Positions 42,392 through 52,934 of a stretch of DNA of 64,000 nt are shown here, piece by piece. The notes under the pieces are model-generated. The model saw nothing but the letters and a program-made list of their open reading frames with translations. It ran no database searches and had not been told where the DNA came from. The first letter of the stretch is position 1, and each line of letters begins with the position of its first letter. Source of the stretch: a virus (taxonomy: Duplodnaviria; Heunggongvirae; Uroviricota; Caudoviricetes); IMG/VR virus record IMGVR_UViG_3300042402_002792, one strand, 5' to 3'. A program made the position numbers and the translations under genes.

Positions 42392-43197
42392 AAAGGGCCT
42401 CGTGTATTACTCAATCTTACAACTTCATCTTTAGTATTATAAATGTTTTTAATAAAATGATTAGAATCGAATCCGTTAGTGCTGTTATTTTTAAATATTT
42501 CATAAACTAGTCTAACTAAAATTTCTCTGTTTACTTTTGAAAAATGATTCATTCTAGGATCATTGCCGCCGATACATTGAGCAAACATTTCGTAACTAGC
42601 AAATTCATCTATGGATAATTTATACAATGAATTTTCTTTTTCTAATATAGGAAAAAAATTACTATTAGGTTTTATTATCTCATTGAGAGATTCGATGTGT
42701 TGATCAAAATATATACCAAATACACGCATAACCAGTAACTTGTTAGTTAAATGAGAGTCGGCCCAAACTTTTAAAGTAGCAAACGTCTGTACTAACTCAA
42801 AATTTAACCCTTGATTAGCACAACTCATTTGATACCACTCAAAACTCTTTATATTATTTTTAAGCCATCTCTTTTCATGTCTAGTATAAAAAGGATTATG
42901 CAGAGCACCAGGTGCTACACCTAGACTAGGATGTGGCATGGTTTTTGTGTAAGATCTCGAAACTGGGTCACTTGTTAAAAATATAATGTAATCTTCAGAA
43001 TCGTATTCTTCAGACAAATAGTATTCAAAAAACATATGTAACGAATAAGATAAACTACTACCCGCTATACCATACATAAGTAAAGGTAAATTGAGCTTGT
43101 TGGCTAATTCAGTAGTCCAGGAGCAGGTAATATCACCTGCTTCTACACCCTTAGAATAATTAGCAAAGCTATCACCAAATACTACTAGCTTCTTCAT
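42388..43197 (-). CDS. SGNH/GDSL-like hydrolase family protein (paralog 2)
   Basis: N-terminal MKKLVVFGDSFANY. Start/stop overlap with neighbours. Confidence 0.4.
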   Translation of the reverse strand: MKKLVVFGDSFANYSKGVEAGDITCSWTTELANKLNLPLLMYGIAGSSLSYSLHMFFEYYLSEEYDSEDYIIFLTSDPVSRSYTKTMPHPSLGVAPGALHNPFYTRHEKRWLKNNIKSFEWYQMSCANQGLNFELVQTFATLKVWADSHLTNKLLVMRVFGIYFDQHIESLNEIIKPNSNFFPILEKENSLYKLSIDEFASYEMFAQCIGGNDPRMNHFSKVNREILVRLVYEIFKNNSTNGFDSNHFIKNIYNTKDEVVRLSNTRGPL

Positions 43198-44711
43198 CTT
43201 AGACCGTGTTCTTTATAATATTCTTCACAGAGGTAATAAAATTCAAACATTTCAGGAAATATTTCTAAAAAGTCTTTACCACGACGCTCTTTAATTTTAT
43301 TTACAAAGTCGTAGAAATATGCTCTGCTATCTAAATCAAAAGGTGTACGTTCAGGAATAGCCATTGACTTTGCTTCATGCGAAAGGAAATAAGAAGAATA
43401 TTCTGTCCATGATCCAGAATGTTTAGCTCTTATACCTCTAGCTCGCATAGCCCTAATATCAGTGTCATTTTTAAATGAATGATCTAAAATAAACTGGTTG
43501 GTAATTTCAAAATACTTTGCATACTCTGCTGGCAATATGTGAGGATTGTGATGTCTAGGGAACGACACAAGATTAGGATATAAACCTAAATTAAACCCGT
43601 GTGTATCAATTTTCTTCTGTACCCAGTAGGCAAAATCAGGCATAGTAGTGATACTGAAAGTATTAATAGCTGCTTGGAATCCCATGCTAAAATTATCAGG
43701 ATTAAGACCAAACTTGTCTCTGTTTCCTAGAATATAATCAATGTTTCTTTCAAATCGTTCCCATGACAAGTTCTGTCTAATATACTCTGCTCTAACGCCT
43801 ACTGATTCCATACTAGGCTGTAATCTTACATATAGATGCTTAGTTAGTCTAGGTAGGAATCCTAAAAATCGATCTAACAAATCTGCTCTAGTATTCATAT
43901 TAGATAATATACCTAGTTCAACGTGTCGATCACGTTTGCCTAAATCTTCATAAGCATTGATTAATTTTTCCATCACTTCGTAAAATTTTGGCATGTATGT
44001 AGGTTCGCCACCTAGTATGTTAATATTACGGGTTGAGTGTCTTCCTACATCGTAGAACCACTCCCAGAATACTTTCTCAAGTTTTTCTGGTGCAGCAGGG
44101 AATTGTTTTTCAACATCTTCTTTATTAAGCTCACCGTATTTTAACAGTTCGGAAACCCATTGACTACTGTAGTGTACAGAACAATAGGTACATTTTAAAT
44201 CACAAGTATTACCTAAAATTATTTCTAACATGTCAACTTTGTCAGACATTAATAAAGGATGTCCATAATGAAGTTCATCTGCTGTCTGAGGAACGTTATC
44301 TAAATGAAATTGATATACATCATTAACTATGTTCGGATGCAGTTTTTTATCTTCAATTAAAACCTCGTTAACAAATCGTTTTAAACCAGTTCTCGGAGGA
44401 TTAGTTTTATTAGCTTCTAATCTAAGACAAGATTCACAATCAACATGAGTTATACCTAGCAATTTTTCTTTTCTACGATCTTGCTCATACGGCAAATTTT
44501 GTATGGCATTGATACCATGCAACTCTATGTCTTGTTCAGTGATTACCTGTTTAGGTGTTCTACAGCAGTTGCGAATATGGCCACTTTGTAGATTAACAAT
44601 AGGATAATTCCATTTAAAGGCACAAGCAACGTTATCTATTTCTAATTTCTGACCAAAGTGGATTACCTGTTCGACAACAGCCTTTGGAGGCGTACTCTGA
44701 TTATCATACAT
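43194..44711 (-). CDS. Radical SAM enzyme (family B) with an N-terminal Cys-rich domain
   Basis: 505 aa. CDLKCTYCSVHYSSQW core. N-terminal NCCRT...CESC motif shared with the genes at 44704-46083 and 47164-48426. Confidence 0.6.
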   Translation of the reverse strand: MYDNQSTPPKAVVEQVIHFGQKLEIDNVACAFKWNYPIVNLQSGHIRNCCRTPKQVITEQDIELHGINAIQNLPYEQDRRKEKLLGITHVDCESCLRLEANKTNPPRTGLKRFVNEVLIEDKKLHPNIVNDVYQFHLDNVPQTADELHYGHPLLMSDKVDMLEIILGNTCDLKCTYCSVHYSSQWVSELLKYGELNKEDVEKQFPAAPEKLEKVFWEWFYDVGRHSTRNINILGGEPTYMPKFYEVMEKLINAYEDLGKRDRHVELGILSNMNTRADLLDRFLGFLPRLTKHLYVRLQPSMESVGVRAEYIRQNLSWERFERNIDYILGNRDKFGLNPDNFSMGFQAAINTFSITTMPDFAYWVQKKIDTHGFNLGLYPNLVSFPRHHNPHILPAEYAKYFEITNQFILDHSFKNDTDIRAMRARGIRAKHSGSWTEYSSYFLSHEAKSMAIPERTPFDLDSRAYFYDFVNKIKERRGKDFLEIFPEMFEFYYLCEEYYKEHGLR

Positions 44712-46083
44712 ATGTTAGTTCTTTTAATTTTGCAAATTCAGGGAATGTCTTATACCATGTGGTTCCTCGACGTTGGTCAAGTTTGTCAAAGAACGCAACA
44801 AAATTTTTCCCCCAGGTTGGATTATTAACCATATTTAAATTTTGTTCTATACTAAGGTCTTTAACCTTTTGTAGGCTACGTATAAAATATTGTATGCTTT
44901 TTATTTGCCACTCGTCTATACTCACTACTTGAAATAATCTAAGTGATGTTAAGCAATCATCAATATGAGGGATAACTTCTAAAGGAATAAAATCTAGATT
45001 AAATTCTTTTGGCCAATCTACAGATGCCCAGTTTAGTTTGATCGGTTTCTTATATTTTAAGAAAATCTCTCTAACAAAGTCAATATAATTCTTCATCGAA
45101 GGGATAGTTACTAACTGAACTGCTGGCAAAAACTGAACTTCAATATGACTGCAAGTCATGTATTTTTCTACATTTTCTTTCCACTGAGCCCACTCAGTAC
45201 CAAATCTTACATATTCTAATTGTTCTTCGGTATTTTCTCCGCTTATCTGCACATGTATGTTAAAATATTTTGATAATTTTTTTGAATATTCTAAAAACCT
45301 ATCTAGCAAATGTGATGGTGTATTACCGTTAGTAACGATTGATAAGCCTTTTTTATCTATTGTTGTTTGATCTAATATTAAAGACATGCGATCGCCTATC
45401 TCTAGCATCTTGTCTAAGTATCTAAAAAAGTCTTTAATTATTAGTGGCTCACCACCAATAAAGTTTACATGGGGCAATGTAGGCCAGGCTTCTTCAAAAT
45501 ATTCCCAAAACGTTTTTACAAGTGGAGAATCAAAATCGTTTTCCCAGGTTAGGTAAACATCTTCTCCGTATTTTCTTTTTTCAGCAGCCCATAAACTACT
45601 AAAGTAATCTGAACAATATATACACTTTGAATCACAGGTATTGCCTAATACAATTTCTAGTACTCGAGTATTTTTACTAGTATAAAATGTGTCCCAGGGA
45701 GCATTATCAGCATTTATATCAGATCCGTCTGGTGGAACATTAGGGTGACTTTTTCTTAGTTCATAAAGCATAGCATGTGATGTCCTTTTACTTTGAAGGC
45801 CTTTGTCTTCTAGTTTCCAACACACACCACAGTCTCCAGGTCGTTTACCAGCAAGCATATCTTTTCTACGCTGTACAACATGACGAGGATTCCAAAACAA
45901 ATTTGTACCTTGATCTGCTACTTCTTCGTCAGTAACTTCTAAAGGAGCTGTTCTACAACAATAATTTACAGCATTACGTTGAGGAAAAAATTGTACATAA
46001 TTCCATGCCTGGTCACACATTGTGTCAGTTCTTGCATAGATTTGATTGTCTTGCTCTTGTTTAATATTAATTGTTTTTGTCAT
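44704..46083 (-). CDS. Radical SAM enzyme (family B)
   Basis: 459 aa. CDSKCIYCSDYFSSLW core. N-terminal YCCRT...CGVCW motif. Confidence 0.6.
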   Translation of the reverse strand: MTKTINIKQEQDNQIYARTDTMCDQAWNYVQFFPQRNAVNYCCRTAPLEVTDEEVADQGTNLFWNPRHVVQRRKDMLAGKRPGDCGVCWKLEDKGLQSKRTSHAMLYELRKSHPNVPPDGSDINADNAPWDTFYTSKNTRVLEIVLGNTCDSKCIYCSDYFSSLWAAEKRKYGEDVYLTWENDFDSPLVKTFWEYFEEAWPTLPHVNFIGGEPLIIKDFFRYLDKMLEIGDRMSLILDQTTIDKKGLSIVTNGNTPSHLLDRFLEYSKKLSKYFNIHVQISGENTEEQLEYVRFGTEWAQWKENVEKYMTCSHIEVQFLPAVQLVTIPSMKNYIDFVREIFLKYKKPIKLNWASVDWPKEFNLDFIPLEVIPHIDDCLTSLRLFQVVSIDEWQIKSIQYFIRSLQKVKDLSIEQNLNMVNNPTWGKNFVAFFDKLDQRRGTTWYKTFPEFAKLKELTYV

Positions 46084-47135
46084 TTCCTATCACCAAAGAG
46101 AATATAATCTTCTTTAGTATATCCTTCCATAATTTCACTACCAGAATTAGCTGTAGGTTTACTATTTTTATTGTCAAGGCCGCCTCTAATAGGAACTATA
46201 GCCCATGTACAGTAGTCTACAAAATACGGCAATTCTTTTAACTCTTGTTCTAAACTTAATGTCTCTTCTCGATTATGAGGGGCCATCATAAATTTTATTT
46301 CTAAATGACCTAGACCACCATGCTCTGCTTTTTCTTTAGCAATAGCTTCAATGACCTTAACAAGTTTAGGTCTATCATAAAATTCAAAGTGTACACTAAT
46401 ATTCAAATCACCGTAGTGTATAATTTCTTTATAATAGTCTGGCTTGCGACTACCGTTGCTATGCAAACTTACGTGATGTCCCATGGCGTTTAAATAACGC
46501 AACCAGTCTAAAAAATCTTTGTTAGCAGTAGGTTCACCGCCACTAATGATAAAATTTACACTTTCCCCTTTGGTAAATCTTTCTTCTATAAGCGAAGTAG
46601 CTTGCATAAGTTCTTCTAAAGATTTATGCGGATCAGTATTATTATGAATCCAGGGCCAGCAGTAACTACAATCGTAATTGCAACGTCGGCCTATCTCCCA
46701 GTACACTTGTTTTTGTGTACTAGCATGAGTACGTTCCATTGCTACAAATTGTACTAGATCGTTATTTCTATGTTCATTTAGGGGTTCTAAATTGTGACTT
46801 TTGCGTAACAATGGTTTAAATTCTATATTACTAACTTTGGGTATAAACAAATCTGCACCACAACTACATATATTTCTTTTGCAATCTATCCAATCGTTTG
46901 GTACTGTAAAGTCATCCCATACACTACCTAATTTTCCGCCCACCCGGCAACTAGCAGTCCACACGCCGCCGTCCATATCAATAAACAAACTGTCAACACC
47001 TGCACCACATTTCCAGTTTGCAAGATAATTTAATTTTGCGCCAACAAGTTCGTCTGTACTCCAATCTCGCCATGTGCCATCTTTATCATATGTTCTAATT
47101 GGTTTACCTGGAGTGAAATCTGCATTATGTGTCAT
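46080..47135 (-). CDS. Radical SAM enzyme (family A)
   Basis: 351 aa. CNYDCSYCW core. C-terminal GAGVDSLFIDMDGGVWTASCRVGGKLGS...CKRNICSCGADLF block paralogous to the gene at 40623-41573. Confidence 0.6.
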   Translation of the reverse strand: MTHNADFTPGKPIRTYDKDGTWRDWSTDELVGAKLNYLANWKCGAGVDSLFIDMDGGVWTASCRVGGKLGSVWDDFTVPNDWIDCKRNICSCGADLFIPKVSNIEFKPLLRKSHNLEPLNEHRNNDLVQFVAMERTHASTQKQVYWEIGRRCNYDCSYCWPWIHNNTDPHKSLEELMQATSLIEERFTKGESVNFIISGGEPTANKDFLDWLRYLNAMGHHVSLHSNGSRKPDYYKEIIHYGDLNISVHFEFYDRPKLVKVIEAIAKEKAEHGGLGHLEIKFMMAPHNREETLSLEQELKELPYFVDYCTWAIVPIRGGLDNKNSKPTANSGSEIMEGYTKEDYILFGDRK

Positions 47136-47163
47136 AGTAGATTATTTATTGCTATATATTAAC

Positions 47164-48426
47164 ATGACAAATAAAATATGTCCTTTGCCGTGGAATCAAT
47201 TAATGATTCAGCAGAACGGAGACTTTAGATTGTGCTGTCAATGTGTACATCCTCCTTTTGGTAAGACAGATATGCGTATTCAGGAACAGTCTATAAATGA
47301 TGCACGTAACAGTGAACTTCACCAACGGGTGCGGACTCAGATGCTTGCAGGAGAAGAGCCCACAGAATGTAAGTTATGCTGGGATGAAGAAAGCCATGGG
47401 CTGAGTAGTAAACGACTTCACATGCTCAAACATTACCCTATAGACAAAATTAAACAAACTACATCGGGCTACATAGACGTAAATGAATTTCCGTTATTGT
47501 ATCTCGATCTGCGATTTGGGAACTTATGTAACATGAAGTGTCGAAGTTGTGGCCCGGCAGATAGCAGTCTTTGGTACGAAGATGTAGAAGCTGTTAATCC
47601 GCCCGAGTATATCGCGTTTGATTTTTACCTGTCTAAACAGTATCAGCTAAAGAAGATTAACAATACGTGGACCTTAAAGGACGATGACTTTGCATGGTAT
47701 GAAAGTGAATCGTTTTGGGATATGATGCAACACATAGTTCCGCAAATAGATAGGCTATACCTAACAGGTGGGGAGCCGTTAATTAATAAAGCACAATGGC
47801 GATTGCTAGACCTGTGTATTGAATTGGGGGTTAGCAATAAGATTGTATTAGAATACAACAGTAATATGACACGAGTTCCCGATACAGCTTTTGATATATG
47901 GAAACAGTTTAAAGAAGTACACATCGGTTGCAGTATTGATGCGGTGGAAGATTTAGCCTACTATATTCGTTATCCAGGCAAGTGGGACGATATACAAGCT
48001 AACATTATTAAATTAGGTAACGCAGATTGCCGCAACTTAGTTGCAAAATTTTCACCCACTATTAGTGTGTTTAATATTTTAGGATTCCTTGAGCTTGTTG
48101 ATTGGCTACACTCTAATCCTCTACCAAGAATTAGGGTAGTACCGTCGTTTCATATTTTGGAAGGACCGGGATTCCAAAATATACAATCTCTACCAAAAGA
48201 AACCAAAGATTGGATAGTAGTACAGTACAACGAATGGTATGCTGGCGCTCCGTGGCGTATGCGCCACAAAACTCAATTCGATACTATTTTAAGTTATATG
48301 CAGGCGCAGGATCGTAGTCATTTACTAGCAGACTTAAAAGAACATACTGCAAAATTGGACAACCATCGTAACCAACAGCTAGCAGACTACGTTCCTTGGC
48401 TAGCCAAAATATTAGAAAACACTTGA
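47164..48426 (+). CDS. Radical SAM enzyme (family B)
   Basis: The ORF track's 47074 start was trimmed to ATG 47164 (MTNKICPLPW). N-terminal LCCQC...CKLCW motif. Core CNMKCRSCGPADSSLW. Confidence 0.55.
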   Translation: MTNKICPLPWNQLMIQQNGDFRLCCQCVHPPFGKTDMRIQEQSINDARNSELHQRVRTQMLAGEEPTECKLCWDEESHGLSSKRLHMLKHYPIDKIKQTTSGYIDVNEFPLLYLDLRFGNLCNMKCRSCGPADSSLWYEDVEAVNPPEYIAFDFYLSKQYQLKKINNTWTLKDDDFAWYESESFWDMMQHIVPQIDRLYLTGGEPLINKAQWRLLDLCIELGVSNKIVLEYNSNMTRVPDTAFDIWKQFKEVHIGCSIDAVEDLAYYIRYPGKWDDIQANIIKLGNADCRNLVAKFSPTISVFNILGFLELVDWLHSNPLPRIRVVPSFHILEGPGFQNIQSLPKETKDWIVVQYNEWYAGAPWRMRHKTQFDTILSYMQAQDRSHLLADLKEHTAKLDNHRNQQLADYVPWLAKILENT

Positions 48427-48451
48427 CGTAACCCACTGTTGACTGTATAAT
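48423..48451 (+). promoter_or_regulatory. sigma70-type promoter TTGACG-N17-TATAAT
   Basis: TTGACG at 48423-48428, 17-nt spacer, TATAAT at 48446-48451. AAGGAG ribosome-binding site at 48471 before ATG 48484. Confidence 0.5.
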
Positions 48452-48483
48452 ATACATATTGTTTAACGCAAAGGAGCATCCAA

Positions 48484-49665
48484 ATGGCAACTAAACTCAA
48501 AAAAGAATCTATTGCACTTCGTGAAAAAGCCAAACGTGACTACAGTCCAAGTTGGGTTGGTTGCGAGTCTTGGGATGAGAATAAGTTCCTGCGTTTCTTT
48601 CACAGTTCTATGCAATACTATCGTATGGAATCTACGGGCAAAGAACTCAAAAGCAAAGTTATTGACTGGATGGGCAAGAATGGTTACGACAAAAAGACTA
48701 TTGCTAGTTTTAAGAAAACTAAAGACAATCGTTGCTCTCTGACTGTAGGTTCTATTGCTGCCTGTTTGCTTAAAGGCATGCCTAGTACACGCCCTGACTT
48801 TAATAACGGTCGTGACACTGCCACTTGGTTAGGTGCAGAGATTGCTAAGATTATTGATGAAGGTAAGAACGACATTGATGAAGAAGCAGTTAAGGCAGCT
48901 GAAGATGCAAAGCCTGCCGTCTACGTTCCTAGTATCCAAGAACGTGTTCGAGAAGCAGCCTATCTAATGACTGAAGAAATTGAAGATGCTTATCAAAGTT
49001 TCAGTCAAGATCCCGAAAACTTTGATCCCAAGGCATTTAAGATTCTTAACTTGCTCAAAGGTAAGGGAGCTAAGGCAGCTCACGCACGTATTATTCGTGA
49101 TTACTATGCTCGCGATCTTGCAGAGCTTAATGAACTTGCTAGCGGCAATGCTGACGAACAGTTGAAAGAAGGTTACAAGCATCGTAGCCGTAAGCAGATC
49201 AAGGCGTTTATTGCATTCTTGCAGGAAATTGAAAGTGCCTGCAACATGCTGATGCAAGAAGCTAAAGTTAACAAAAAGCCTCGCAAAACTAAAGCAGTTA
49301 GCAAGGACAAGCTGGTAGCAAAGCTCAAGTACAAGAAGACTGACGAGCCGCTGAAGCTGGTTAGTGTTAACCCTGCAGACATTGTTGGTGCTCAAGAGCT
49401 GTGGATTTACAATAGTAAAACTCGTAAATTGGGCAAGTATGTAGCAGAAGAATTTAAAGAGTTGGGTATTAAAGGCACTACAATTACCGGTTTTAGTGAA
49501 ATGAAATCTGTACAAAAGACATTACGTAAGCCTGCAGATCAACTTAAAGAGTTCAAAGCCGCAGGCAAAGTAGCACTACGCAAGTTTTTAGAAGACATTA
49601 ATGCTGTAGATACTAAAATGAATGGTCGCATTAATGAAGAAACTATTCTACTTAAAGTAGCATAA
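48484..49665 (+). CDS. Hypothetical protein
   Basis: 393 aa. Good ribosome-binding site. GC-richer than neighbours. Confidence 0.5.
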   Translation: MATKLKKESIALREKAKRDYSPSWVGCESWDENKFLRFFHSSMQYYRMESTGKELKSKVIDWMGKNGYDKKTIASFKKTKDNRCSLTVGSIAACLLKGMPSTRPDFNNGRDTATWLGAEIAKIIDEGKNDIDEEAVKAAEDAKPAVYVPSIQERVREAAYLMTEEIEDAYQSFSQDPENFDPKAFKILNLLKGKGAKAAHARIIRDYYARDLAELNELASGNADEQLKEGYKHRSRKQIKAFIAFLQEIESACNMLMQEAKVNKKPRKTKAVSKDKLVAKLKYKKTDEPLKLVSVNPADIVGAQELWIYNSKTRKLGKYVAEEFKELGIKGTTITGFSEMKSVQKTLRKPADQLKEFKAAGKVALRKFLEDINAVDTKMNGRINEETILLKVA

Positions 49666-49709
49666 AATAGTTCAGGCCATGGATAAATACTCAAAAGAGA
49701 GTATTTTCT

Positions 49710-51050
49710 ATGGCCATTAATGTTTTTGAACCACTAAAATTTAGTACGCAAGGTATTATCGATCTTGCTACAAAACAGTCTTTGGTTGTCACAGACGGTA
49801 AAATTACCGTAGACACCGTTGAACCAAAAAAGGATATTGCCTTTGTTGGATCTAGCTTTGCTGATGTAGAAGGCAAAGGAATCAAATGGTCCGACGGTAA
49901 AAAGAATAAAGGACTAAGTTACAAAAAATCAAAACTAAGTTCTGATCTTAGTTTAAATCTTGTAGAAGAACAAGATTATCAAATTGGCGACACTTCTGTT
50001 CTTAGCTTCTCAGAACTAGGTCCTACTGTTACAAAAAGTAATCTTAAACAATTAGGAACTCTCAAATCATTAAAAGTATCCGGCGATGTTATCTTAGGAG
50101 AATTTGCTGGTTTTTACAGTGAACTAAATCGTTTAGGTATTAACACAGAAACACCTGCGGGTGCGTTAGGTGTATTTGAAAACGGTGTTGATATGTTCTT
50201 CGGCAGTAATAAAATTGATACTGCTACACTAGGTACTATCGGCAACGATCATTTAGAACTAGTTACAGATAGCACAGTAAGAATCACTGTAGCTAATAAC
50301 GGTGATGTTAGAGTACACGGAAAACTCTACGCTGAAGAAGTTATCACAGCAAGATCTAGCCCATTAGTATTTCAAGAAACAGACACTAGTACAAATTACG
50401 GTAAAGGTATAGTTTGGTCTAAGATTCGTGGTAGTATAAAACAATTTGTTTTACAAGCTAGCCCAGATAGAATTTGGTCTACAGAACACATTGACCTACA
50501 GGGTGGTAAGCATTTTAGTATTGACAATATGCCAGTGCTGGCCTATACCGAACTAGGATCAACAGTTACCGAAAGTTCTTTACAAAAGTTAGGTGTTCTT
50601 AGAGAATTACAAGTAGCTGGAGATGCCGCAGTTACTAGAACCTTATCAACTACTAGATTAAGTATAGGTAACACTAGCCTTGTTGATAATGAACTACATG
50701 CTTATGGAGATCTAAAAATAGGTCGCCATGAAAGCACAGAGATTAGTTTAGGTCAAAATATAGTAATTGGTAACTCAGAAAACTATGCAAGAACAGTGTC
50801 AGTATATGGTAACCTTACTGTAGGAGTTGCACAACCAGATCCAGGTTTTGCGTTGACAGTAGCAGGTCCAGTTAGCATAGATAATAAAAAATTCTTAAAA
50901 GGAATTACAAAACCAACACAAGGTCAATATAACAAAGGCGACATTGTGTGGAATACCGATCCTAAGGCTACAGATTATATCGGTTGGGTTTGTGTAACTT
51001 CAGGTGAACCAGGACACTGGTTGCCGTTTGGTATGATTGCTAGCCAGTGA
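49710..51050 (+). CDS. Putative virion structural or fibre-like protein with an internal duplicated motif
   Basis: 446 aa. The repeat FSELGPTVTKSNLKQLGTLKSLKVSGD matches YTELGSTVTESSLQKLGVLRELQVAGD. Gly/Thr/Val-rich beta-type composition. Confidence 0.4.
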   Translation: MAINVFEPLKFSTQGIIDLATKQSLVVTDGKITVDTVEPKKDIAFVGSSFADVEGKGIKWSDGKKNKGLSYKKSKLSSDLSLNLVEEQDYQIGDTSVLSFSELGPTVTKSNLKQLGTLKSLKVSGDVILGEFAGFYSELNRLGINTETPAGALGVFENGVDMFFGSNKIDTATLGTIGNDHLELVTDSTVRITVANNGDVRVHGKLYAEEVITARSSPLVFQETDTSTNYGKGIVWSKIRGSIKQFVLQASPDRIWSTEHIDLQGGKHFSIDNMPVLAYTELGSTVTESSLQKLGVLRELQVAGDAAVTRTLSTTRLSIGNTSLVDNELHAYGDLKIGRHESTEISLGQNIVIGNSENYARTVSVYGNLTVGVAQPDPGFALTVAGPVSIDNKKFLKGITKPTQGQYNKGDIVWNTDPKATDYIGWVCVTSGEPGHWLPFGMIASQ

Positions 51051-51625
51051 TAGCATGGGCAATAGGCAACGGACAAAGTCGTTTAAGTTTTGATTTAACA
51101 TCAATAACAGACTATACTGTTGGTTGTAACGCACTTTATCGAGATTTTTATTCTAGTGAACTAGTAGCGGTTGATCGTAGAATGGTCGCAGAAATACTAA
51201 CTAGTTCTTATGCTAACCCTGTATACACAAGACCCGATTGGTGTAATGAGTTTAGGGATTCGCGGGTGCGATCTTTGCCAGACATACCGTTCACTGGTCC
51301 TCAAAAAGCTGACATACCATTTCACTGGAACAGCGGACCGTACGCTATCCTGTTAGCCTGTTTACAATATCCTAAAGAAATTAATTTAGTAGGTTTTGAT
51401 CTTTGGGGTGATCAACAACTAGTTAACAACGTCTACAAAGGTACTAGTAATTACGACCCTGTTTCTCATCGGGCTATTGATCCTAGTCATTGGATTTATC
51501 AATTTAAAAAAATCACTACTCATTTTAATTCTATACATTTCATACAACACCAAACGATCAATTGGGCGATTCCGGACGAGTGGACCAGCATCAAGAACTT
51601 GACAATTAAATACTTTCCTGTATAA
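51047..51625 (+). CDS. Hypothetical protein
   Basis: 192-aa ORF with ATGA overlap to the upstream gene. Confidence 0.4.
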   Translation: MIAWAIGNGQSRLSFDLTSITDYTVGCNALYRDFYSSELVAVDRRMVAEILTSSYANPVYTRPDWCNEFRDSRVRSLPDIPFTGPQKADIPFHWNSGPYAILLACLQYPKEINLVGFDLWGDQQLVNNVYKGTSNYDPVSHRAIDPSHWIYQFKKITTHFNSIHFIQHQTINWAIPDEWTSIKNLTIKYFPV

Positions 51626-51711
51626 TTACTACAGCGGCCTTATACGTCATTCAACCCGCTATATAAATTCTGCATGTCGTCAAACTTGCTCATACATTAA
51701 GGAGACTAGAG

Positions 51712-52239
51712 ATGGCAAAATATCTTTCAACAAAAACTTACGGCAACGACAGAGGTCTGTCATGCTGCTTTAGACAATGGCGATCTACCCATTCACATTG
51801 TTCTTTACTTCACGGTTATTCAATTGGTATTCGATTGGTATTCGAATCTGACACGTTAGATGATCGTAATTGGGTTATGGACTTTGGCGGACTTAAAGCA
51901 TTTAAAGAATGGTCAGAGTGGCAATTCGATCATACATTAGTCATCGGTAAAGACGATCCAGAACGTGGAACATTTGTAGAACTAAACAAAATTCAAGGCG
52001 GTTTCAAAAACATGGGCATCATTGATCTACGTATTGTAGACGGTGTTGGTTGTGAACTGTTTGCTGAACTTGCTTATCGTACAATGAATGAAATTTTACA
52101 AGCTTACAAAGAAGGTCGAGGATGGACTCATCCAGATGGTCGTGTATTTGAAGCAAGGTATCCTACTGGTCAAAGTGTTCGACTTCGTTCAGCAGAAGTA
52201 TTTGAACACGAAGGTAATTCAGCTACTTACGAAGGCTGA
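51712..52239 (+). CDS. 6-pyruvoyl-tetrahydropterin synthase (PTPS/QueD)-like protein
   Basis: 175 aa. Cys...His-Gly motif (HSHCSLLHGYS) and PTPS-like size and fold. AGGAG ribosome-binding site. Confidence 0.45.
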   Translation: MAKYLSTKTYGNDRGLSCCFRQWRSTHSHCSLLHGYSIGIRLVFESDTLDDRNWVMDFGGLKAFKEWSEWQFDHTLVIGKDDPERGTFVELNKIQGGFKNMGIIDLRIVDGVGCELFAELAYRTMNEILQAYKEGRGWTHPDGRVFEARYPTGQSVRLRSAEVFEHEGNSATYEG

Positions 52240-52934
52240 TGTTAAACGTTATTTGTTTAAAACACGGGATCAAATATGGTCCCGAGTATGTTAACAATCT
52301 TTACAATATGATTCAGAGGCACTTAACTGTGCCTCATCGTTTTGTTTGTTTTACTGAAGACGTCTCAGGATTAGATCCTAAAATTGAAATTAAACCGTTA
52401 GACGGTCCCAAACTAAAAGGTTGGTGGTGGAAACCTTATCTTTTTAAACAAGGTCATTTTCCAAACGGGGATACTAATCTATTTTTTGATTTAGACATGG
52501 TCATAATCAAAAACATTGATAATATAGCACAATATATGCCTGACAGCTTTGTAGGACTTAGAGATGTTGGCCGTGTATTTCAAAGAGGTAATGATCGATT
52601 AGGCAGTGCTGTATTAAAATGGGCAGCAAATCAGTATTCAGAAATATGGACTCAATTAGAATCTAACCCCCAGTATGCTGGTCAGTTTCACGGAGATCAA
52701 GATTATATCTGGTGCTTCCATAGAGACAAAATAAAATTTTTTCCAGATAAATGGATTATGAGCTACAAGTGGGAAGTTAGAGATCGGACAGAACTTGTTC
52801 GTATAAATGGACGTTTTAACTTCGATACGGTTAAAGATGTAACACCTGATCCAGATACTAGTGTACTAGCGTTTCACGGCAGTCCAGATCCTCACGAAGT
52901 TAAAGATCCGATTATAGTTGACAACTGGCGATAA
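52239..52934 (+). CDS. Hypothetical protein
   Basis: 231-aa ORF. Confidence 0.4.
   Translation: MLNVICLKHGIKYGPEYVNNLYNMIQRHLTVPHRFVCFTEDVSGLDPKIEIKPLDGPKLKGWWWKPYLFKQGHFPNGDTNLFFDLDMVIIKNIDNIAQYMPDSFVGLRDVGRVFQRGNDRLGSAVLKWAANQYSEIWTQLESNPQYAGQFHGDQDYIWCFHRDKIKFFPDKWIMSYKWEVRDRTELVRINGRFNFDTVKDVTPDPDTSVLAFHGSPDPHEVKDPIIVDNWR

Noticed and set aside
51712-52239. Inferring a 7-deazaguanine DNA-modification system from the QueD/PTPS-like gene together with the radical SAM cluster
   Set aside because: None of the radical SAM proteins has a QueE-like size or motifs, and no QueC or DpdA-like gene is visible. PTPS-like genes occur alone in marine phages, so the link is not supported by this window.
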